Source: Girardia tigrina (lineage: Eukaryota). From it: a DNA stretch of 60,976 bases. Both the position numbers and the translations under genes were made by a program. The notes below the pieces were generated by a model, which was not told the origin of the DNA, searched no databases, and worked only from the letters and a program-made list of their open reading frames with translations. Where the stretch lies: contig MQRK01243220.1 in NCBI GenBank assembly GCA_001938485.1, positions 8,430 through 69,405 of the forward strand, given 5' to 3'. Positions 52,676 through 60,976 of the stretch are shown here, in pieces (the stretch's first letter is position 1; every line of letters starts with the position of its first letter).

Positions 52676-52920
52676 GATACCAAGTGAACCGGGGCCGTTG
52701 TTAAGGTGATTGCAATTGTTACTAGGGTGATCGAAACCGTTGCTAGGGGGTTACTGACCAATCAGAAGTGTTGTTTGGAAATCGCTACAGTTGCTAAGGT
52801 CCCAGAAACCAGTCAAAAGCGTTTCCAAGTGAACTGGAACCGTTGCTATGGTAACCGGAACCATTGCTAGGGTGATCGTGACCGTTGCTATGGTAACCGG
52901 AACCCTTGCCATGGCAATGG
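52676..52920. promoter_or_regulatory. 21-bp-periodic array of RFX X-box-like motifs with a CCAAT box
   Basis: GTTGCTATGGTAAC at 52842 and 52884; variants at 52697, 52718, 52739, 52790, 52821, 52863, 52905; CCAATCAG at 52758. Confidence 0.55.
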
Positions 52921-52989
52921 GCTACCCCTTCCCCCGGGGGGTAGTGGGTAGAATGCCCATTTTCCCCCTACTGATGAGATAAAAGAAAA

Positions 52990-55900
52990 ATAAAAGCATT
53001 ACATGACGTCAAAAGTGTTACAGAAGGCGAGAATGTAGTAAGAGACCAAGGGATGCAAAGCAGACCCGGAGTTAAAGAAAAGCAGTAACTGGAGACAGTA
53101 AATACAGACAAAATCAGACAGGGGTTGGTAGAAATACTACAGAATACGCTCAAGGCATGAAAGCGGTTAAATGTAGAAATTGTGAAAAAGTAGGTCACAC
53201 AAGTGAAACGTGTAGACAAAGAAAGCCAATCAAGTGTTTCGGATGTGGAAAAAAAGGATACATGATAAGAAATTGTTCGGAAAGGAGTCCAATAAAATGT
53301 TATGGTTGTGGACAACAGGAACACGTAAGAAGAAATTGTCCAAACATCGAATGCAAAAGATGTCAAGATAAAGGGCACAGTGAAAGTGAATGTTATACAA
53401 ACCTTAATGGCAGAAGAAGACAGCAAAATACACGGGACAATAACTATTGAGGATCGGAATACAATCAACAAAGATATAGAGGTAGAGACGACAGAAGACG
53501 AGGAGATAATGGAAGATTCGTGAATAACATTGAAGAAGAATATGAAGAATCGGTTACAGGAAGTGAACACCCAAAAGGCAACGCCTTGACATAAGTGGAG
53601 CCAGTCGGGGCAATAAATTAAAAGATACCAGCGACTCAAAAAGTATTGGTATTTATAGTAAAATTAATATATCAAATATTATAGACGTAGTGATAGACGA
53701 TGAAAGGAATGTTGAGATAAGCAAAGCAAGAGTAAATGATAAAGTACGGAAATTTATAAAGAAACTTTTGAGGACAAGCTTGGACGATGTTTAGTGGGAA
53801 CAATTGAAGAAGAGAACACAGAAGAAAATGCCAGGATTTTGTCATTAGATGAATGGAAAGAAGAAAATATATCGTATGATAGAAAGTTTAAAGTTGATGA
53901 TACAAGGTAACGTGGAGGATTGTTTATTAGACACAGGTGCAAGAGTAAATGTAATCCATAGAAAGATGTTTTGAGAAACTAACGAACGTAAAATTAGAAA
54001 AGTAAGATATTAAATTAAACTGTGTGAACGGTAGTCAACTAGATTGTACAATGTATGGGTAAAATTTCAGTAGACGTAGAAATTAAAGGAAAACGGAGAA
54101 ATATAACGTTCATTGTAGTAAATGACGTAAAATCAGACATAATAGGAAGAATAGAACTGCAGATGGCATTTGGAATCAAGCTACATTGGAAAAAGAAAGA
54201 AAATGGTGTGAACGAACAATTTTATCAAGTATGTAACGTAGAAGCCAAATTTGGACGTAAGGTTACAAACGAGGAAAGATTCAAAAGAGCCATGGAAATT
54301 ATGAAAATTGCACATAAACCAAAGATTGTGGATATTGTTAAAAAACATCAAGCAGTTTTTATGGCGGATAAATTGGATATCTGATGTACGACGATGGTTA
54401 AACATAGAATAGACATGGAATGATGTCCAATTAACCTTAGACCACATAGGCAACCAGTTAATCTTGAAGAAAACATCGATGATACTATTAAGAATTTGTG
54501 GGAAAACAACATTATTAAGAAATATAATTCACCATGGAATACACCGATGATTTGTGTATGGAAGAAAGAAAAGAATGATGTTAGAATTAGCTTGGATTAT
54601 AGGCAGCTAAACCTAGTCACGGAGAGACAGGCATTTCCTATGCCAAATATGATAGAAATGATGGATAGATTATATGGAACCAGATATTTCACATCAATCG
54701 ATCTAGGCAATGCATACTACCAGGTCGAACTAGAGGAAGATTCAAAGCTAAAAACAGCATTTTCCACAAAGCTAGGACAATTTTGTTTCAATAGAATGCC
54801 GTTTGGTATAGCAACGGCACCGGGAACGTTTCAGGAACTCATCACAAAGGTGCTTGGAGGCATAGAACAGGCAGTGGTATATTTAGATGACATTCTTATA
54901 TTTTCAAATCGTTGGAACAACATTACGAAACATTGAATAAAGTATTGGACCAAATCGGGAAAGCAGGCTTAAGAATTAATCCGGAAAAGTGCCATATCTT
55001 AAAAACTGAAGTTAAAATTTTTGGACATGTAATTAATGATAAAGGTATACAGACGAACTCATCTAAATTAGAAGCCATAAAGACAGTTGAAAAACCGAAA
55101 TATGTAAAGAATCTAAGAAGGTTCCTTGGAATTTGCAATTATTAAAGACGATTTTTAAGGACTACGCAACAAAGTCCAAGACATTGGAACAACTGTGTGG
55201 ATTGAACAGGAAGAAATTGTTATGTACAGATGGATGTGATGTAGCATTTGCAGAGATGAGAGGCTTTAACAACACCACCGATTCTAGGGTTCCCAGACTT
55301 CAAGAAAAAATTTATACTGGAAACCGAAGCCAGTTTCGACACGATTGGAGCAGTATTATTCCAAAGAGACAAGGACGGACATGAGAGAGTTATTACATAT
55401 GGTTCACACTCCATGAATAATCATGAAAAGGATACTGCATTACTAGGAAAGAGATGTTGGCAATGCATTACTTCTGTCAGCATTTTAATCCTTATTTATA
55501 CGGGATGTGATTCACTTTGAGAATGGATCAAAAGACAATTACGTTTATGGTTAAAACAAAAAAACCGATAACGGCGCAATTTCAGACATGGATTAATTAT
55601 TTATCAAGTCTTGACATACACTTAGAATACAGAAAAGGAACAGATCATTCCAACGCAGATATGCTGTCTCGAAATACATATGATACATGTATACAATGCT
55701 TGATGGCTCATGAAGATGCTAAAATGATGAAGATAAAGACTCGAAGAATCAACATTCTGGACACATCGCAGATATTCAAATATCAACAAGAAGAAATAGA
55801 AGAAATTAAAAGATACCCAATTTCAGGTAAAGACAGAAAGCTTACGATTGAAGACGGCATGATAAGAACAAACATGGGGAAGATTTGGATACCAAAGTCA

Positions 55901-56910
55901 AAAGGAGAAGAAATGATCATAAAAATACATACATTATTGTCGCACGCGGGTGTAGAGAAAGTAATGAAATATATCTCTGAAAATTATGACATGATCAATC
56001 GGAATGAAATAATAAAAGAAGTAATTGGACAATGTGAAGCATGCCAAAAAAGTAAAACATTAACGACCGCTATGAAGGAAAAATGGGTGACATTGGTCGC
56101 AAATGAACCATTTGAGAAAGTGTACATAGACTTATGCGGACCACTAAAGGAGACTTGGAGAAGAAAAAAGTATATTGTTGCAATCATAGATCAGTTTAGT
56201 AGGTACATATCTTTGACAGACATTAACAAGCAGGATGAAATAGCCATAAAAGACACCATAATGACCAAATGGATCTTGAGATTTGGAGCACTGATGGAAA
56301 TACATACAGATTGTGGCAAAACATTCGATTCGAAGGTAATCGAAGACATGGCAGAATCAATGAATATAAAAATGTGTTACTCGAGTCCGTACCATCATAA
56401 CACGAATGGAATAGTAGAAAGATAATTTCGGACGATTAGAGAATATTTAAACGCATCGTTANNNNNNNNNNNNNNNNNNNNNNNNNNNNNNNNNNNNNNN
56501 NNNNNNNNNNNNNNNNNNNNNNNNNNNNNNNNNNNNNNNNNNNNNNNNNNNNNNNNNNNNNNNNNNNNNNNNNNNNNNNNNNNNNNNNNNNNNNNNNNNN
56601 NNNNNNNNNNNNNNNNNNNNNNNNNNNCACAACAACCAGAAGAAATTTCGAAATTGGAGATGAAGTACTAGTCAAGGTGGAAACGGGGATAAAGAGTAAA
56701 GATAAATATGAAGGACCATATAAAGTGGTAGAGAAAACACACGATAAAAGGTATAAACTAATAAATGAAGATGGAAGAATTTTAGATCGAAACGTGGAAA
56801 ATTGAGAAAATTCTTAAAGAAGGGGGATATGAGGGGTTAATTTAAATTTTTATCTTGCCTGAATAATTTATTATTTTTTATTTAAAAGGTAAAATATTTT
56901 AATGTTAATA
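52990..56910 (+). mobile_element. Ty3/gypsy family B, second copy (gag, PR, RT, RH, IN, LTR start)
   Basis: Four CCHC-type knuckles in ORF 53157-53450 (one with His to Tyr); LDTGA; YLDD; IN ORF 55517-56425 near-identical to 48732-49811. Confidence 0.92.
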
Positions 56911-56914
56911 TGTG

Positions 56915-58430
56915 TACAAAATAGTATAAAAAAGAAAATTCGCACTTTGAATGAAGAGTCAGAGGGTTTCAAATGGCAAAAGAATAATGAAGAAATTAAA
57001 TAAATAATAAAGGAAATCAGAAAAAGGAAAACGAGTTAATGGACACTAAAAATGATATCGCGGCAACTCCGGACAATAAATACTGGATCCCAAAAATAGA
57101 ACGAACAGATTCTATTGAAGAGATGCACAAACTATTATTCCATGCTGGCAGTAAATATGCCTATAACTATCTACGAGAAAATTTCGACATGGAAAATATG
57201 AAAAATTTCATTAAAAAAAGTCCAAAGTTGTTTCAATTGTCAAAAAAGAAAGACATTAACAGCAAAAACGAAAGAAAAGCATGTAAAGTTATCGGCAGAT
57301 GAACCTTTCCAGTAAATATATATGGACATCTGTGAACCATTCAAAAGAAACATAAACGGATATCAATACGTACTTGCAATAGTAGACCGATTCAGTAGAT
57401 ATATTAGCATGAATGTAGTTGCTAATCAAGGTTGAAAAACAGTGCATAGAATAATAGTGGACAGATGGATATAGAAATTTGAACCTGCAAAAGAAATCCA
57501 TGTTGATAGAGGAAAAAATTTTGAATCGGCTTTGTTCAAAGATACAGTTAAAAGGTTCAAAGTCGAGATAATCTATTCAAGTCCATATCATCATAATACA
57601 AATGGGATAGTGGAAAGACAATTTCGAACAATCAGAGATGCTATAAATATTAGAATGAAGGACGGAAACCACAGAGATTGTACAGAAGTTTTGTCGGAAA
57701 TAGAATTTATGTTGAATAGTACAGTTAAAGCTACGATAGGTTTTTCAACGGCTGAAATTATATTTCGGAGATGATTGAGACATTGGTGGAAGAACAATAA
57801 AGAAACTAACGAAAACCAAGTTAATGGCGGACAAATGTAGAGAGAAGAAGAGTTTTTGAAGTTGGAGACAGATTATGGATAAGAAAAGAAAATATATTAA
57901 AAGAAGATGACCGTTACATGGGTCCGGCAATTGTGTTGAAAATAAATCGCGAAAGAAGTTTCGAGTTACAGCTCAAAGATTGTAGAACTTTGATTAGAAA
58001 TGTTTTGAATTGTTTGTTGTTTTATATTTTCCATGTTGTACGTTAATTCGGATTGTGTCTCTCCTACCCAGATGGATGATTGGTATTTTCTCTGATTCCT
58101 AATAATTGAAAATATTTTAATTTAAATTTAAAGTATAATTATTTAAATATTTTTTTAAATGTAATATTTAAATTTTTGAACGTAATGTTTTTATTTTTTT
58201 GTAATTTGAAATTTTAATATATTAATTTAATTGATATTTTTTTTAAATTTGAAAATTTGATTTTAATCAATTAGAAATTTGATAATTAATTAATAATATA
58301 AATATTTTCCATTGTTTTCAAAAATTAGAATGAAACTCAGAAATATAATAATCAACAAAAATGTTAAATAGTTGACGTAGTTTGAATAATTGTTGTAATG
58401 ACAATTCGATTTGGGAAATCAATAAATGTT
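56915..58430 (+). mobile_element. Gypsy integrase fragment plus LTR
   Basis: YSSPYHHNTNGIVERQFRTIRD; LTR motif CTCTCCTACCCAGATGG near 58060. Confidence 0.85.
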
Positions 58431-58647
58431 CGGCTTCCCATACTGCATCTCCATTTCTGTGACCGCCGGCACCGTTCAAGAAGGTGAATGATTCGCTCGA
58501 TTCGTCGACACGCACTTCTGAAGTGTAGTGGGTGCGGTCGAAAGAATCTACCATGCATCGCCAAATTATTTGAGGCGATGGCGCAAGTGATCCTACCGAT
58601 TTAGCCCGCTGTCGAGCAGTGTAGTGCGAGTTATTATATATTCGAAC
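58430..58647 (-). pseudogene. Orphan GC-richer host-like exon fragment
   Basis: ttctcAG|VRIYNNSHYTARQRAKSVGSLAPSPQIIWRCMVDSFDRTHYTSEVRVDESSESFTFLNGAGGHRNGDAVWEAEH; truncated by an LTR. Confidence 0.5.
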
Positions 58648-58671
58648 CTGAGAATTAGGTTTAGTTATTTT

Positions 58672-59737
58672 TAGGGTAACCTAAGTCAAAAAATATCAAA
58701 AACGTTATTTCTATTTAAAAGTATTTAAAATTTAATATTAATAGGAGTGCTTTGAGAAAAAATGGATAAATGAAATTGTTTTAGGTTAATAAAGTCAAAA
58801 AAGCCAAAATTTTCCGATGAAGTTAAATTATAATTGTTTTCGTAGGTTCTTAAATCAAATAATTATTAGATTCATCATAAATTTATTGAATTTTAAATAT
58901 TTTATTTAAAATTGATTTTTAAATTTTGTTTAAAAATTTATTTTAAAGTAGATAAAGTTTTATTTTTTGAGTAATGTATTTTTTCATTGGTAATTTTAAA
59001 ATTAATTGACTTCTGTATATTCTTAGATTGAAAAAAAATTATGCCGAAAGCTAAGGATAGCTAAAATACTATCCGACTGTATTCATCAGAACTTACATTG
59101 GACTCTGGGAATAATCTATTTTGCAAGTTGTGTCAAGTTAATGTATGCCGCGATAAGATGTTCAATGTAGAATCCCATAGAAAGTCAATAAAGCACTCAA
59201 CGGCAATGAATGTACTCATATATCAACCAAAGTTTACGACGGAAAATGAAAATTGAAAGTCATTTTCTTGCCAAGTGAGAAAAGCCTTTGCAATGCTTTT
59301 TTCACTTTCAAAAAATTGATATTTTAGCAATAAAATTGTCCAACCATAACCCTAATCCCTCAATTTATGGACTTTTAATGAAATATCAGCCCACTTCATC
59401 TAGCGTTGAACACAGTTTCTCAATACTTAATTCTATATTACAGAAAGGAAAATATTTTAATAACGAAAATATTGAAAAATATGTGTACTAAGCATAACTC
59501 CTTTATGTTGTAATTGTTTGTTTTGTATATTTTTAAAAATGCTAAAATAGTTTATTATATTTAGTCAATTTTGAACCAAAAATTACAATTTTTTCTTAAA
59601 AACTGAAAAAAGTGACTCTGTTGATATAATAGTTTTTTCTTTTATATTATATAAAAATAAAAAGTTTTTGAGTCAAAAAATGTCAAATATTTAGGACAAA
59701 ATTTGAAAATTTATAGGTCAACATTTAGGTCACCTTA
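58672..59737 (+). mobile_element. Internally deleted hAT element (CGGBP1-like transposase remnants)
   Basis: TIRs TAGGGTAACCTAA / TTAGGTCACCTTA; TSD GTTATTTT/GTTATTTC; LFCKLCQVNV..VESHRKSIKH finger; PTSSSVEHSFS. Confidence 0.85.
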
Positions 59738-59944
59738 GTTATTTCAAAGAAAACAAACATAGTCAAAAAATTGTATTTAATTTTTGAAACTCAAAATTGT
59801 GTACATATCATATTGATTAATAATTCAGTTAAACAACAAACAATCGTTGATGGTTTTTCAACACCACAGTAATAATAATATATTAATGGATCTAAATTAT
59901 TTTTAATAAAATCTCCTGTCTTTGAATATTCAGAAAAGTAGTGG

Positions 59945-60861
59945 CGTTTTTAAATTATTGTATAATCTGGTTTATTTTAGTAAATGTTAGACAATTCTTT
60001 TAAAAAATTGTTTTTCTATTTTAATAAATAAATATTAATTTTTTTTTCAATGTTGTTATTTTCAATTTTTGTGAAATCCTTTTTATTTTATTCAAATTTG
60101 ATATTTTAGAAAAACATATTAAAATACTTCTCCATTTTTTCATTATTTACTTGGTTTCTACACTGAATTCTTAATCGAGTTTCACACCGGAGCCTGTGGC
60201 TGTACGAGTGCGTTGAAGAAACAGATTATGATGAAGCACAGCGACGATTCCTTGAATAATGTTCCCTTGACCTGTGAGACGGTTGAGACCGGTCCTTTTT
60301 TGAGAAAGACACTGAACTTAAATATGAAATCGAATAAGCACAAAACGAAGAAATATATCTCATCTTCCTCTGAGATACAACATCTACACTAAAATCGTAA
60401 TCAATTTGCACACCGGAGCCTGAAGCTGTAATGGTTTTACCAGTCTCATAATACCAAATTTAATGGTTTGTAATTTGCCTGTAACAGTTTTTTATTCTTG
60501 ATGTATTTTAGTCTTTTTACCTTTAGTTTCACATGTGTCTAATTTTCAATATGTTGAATACTTTTATTTGTTTCAGAAGGTCGAATCAGACGAAATGGAA
60601 TTACATAGTGACTTTTCGGCATCTGATGAATTACATAGTGATGAAACTGGATATATTAATAAATTTCCGTTATCTAAGGAATCGTTGGAGTTGGTGGACC
60701 TGAAGACATTTGTGAAAAAAGAGTTATTGGTTTGTTTTTTTTTGTTTTTAAAGAATATCGTGTGAACAAATAAAATTTACCTCCATATCTTTTTTAATAC
60801 TATACCATCTTAATAACATTGAAAATAATCAAATTCACTTCAGAAAGAGTCCATAATAACT
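59945..60861 (+). repeat. Host exon-fragment cassette, copy 3
   Basis: Aligns with 44690-45604; acidic exon at 60577-60729. Confidence 0.85.
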
Positions 60862-60923
60862 GGTAGAAAACTTCGAGACTGTCATAATATTTATTAAAGA
60901 CAATAAAATGAGGAATATCATCA

Positions 60924-60924
<1 letters not shown>

Positions 60925-60976
<52 letters not shown>
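60925..60976. repeat. (TA)n microsatellite
   Basis: Direct; also at 13461-13485 and 13635-13666. Confidence 0.95.

Larger units (their letters stand above)
46390..52700 (+). mobile_element. RTE-like LINE split by LTR-element insertions (parts 46390-46830 and 51026-52700)
   Basis: KAPGSNGVIAE, NYRGIFLLEVTGK, FRPKR in the left part; FIDLKKVFDSVPRE, RQGCMMGPSLFN, YGSEC and three C2H2 fingers in the right part. Confidence 0.85.

Noticed and set aside
52676-52920. CRISPR-like array
   Set aside because: Contiguous degenerate 21-mers without unique spacers; eukaryotic context with no cas genes
52971-52995. CTGATGAG hammerhead core
   Set aside because: No stem II followed by GAAA, and no closing stems found
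52968-53639. 223-aa hydrophobic minus-strand ORF and similar antisense ORFs over gypsy genes
   Set aside because: Shadows of A-rich gag/pol coding strands
31372-56910. Frequent TGA/TAA in pol as an alternative genetic code
   Set aside because: Stops come with frameshifts and differ between copies, and the host ankyrin gene reads cleanly in the standard code

Overview
AT-rich eukaryotic (spliceosomal-intron) genomic DNA from a gapped scaffold; I see no rRNA, tRNA, CRISPR or prokaryotic features. The main host gene is a + strand ankyrin-repeat gene that the ORF track mostly misses: at least 16 phase-0 exons from 10018 to 22807, mostly 42-58-nt introns, and two introns of 3.6 and 7.1 kb filled with TEs. 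The rest is a dense, nested TE graveyard: several Ty3/gypsy families (one complete but degenerate provirus at 39746-44613, plus deleted copies and solo LTRs), RTE-type LINEs (one family with three C-terminal C2H2 fingers), mariner, hAT elements, a Tc1/pogo-like element and a Penelope-like RT fragment. Most notable: (1) three different LTR families end in a Cys-rich ORF phased so that the last LTR base is the A of an ATG completed by the PBS, and two solo LTRs end in TA rather than CA through a synonymous Asn codon; (2) a TG..CA, 5-bp-TSD element carries a host-like exon with a 28-nt intron; (3) one short U3 motif is conserved across all these LTR families; (4) a 21-bp-phased RFX X-box/CCAAT array; (5) a triplicated mosaic of host exon fragments. 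All calls are from manual reading; no searches were run.
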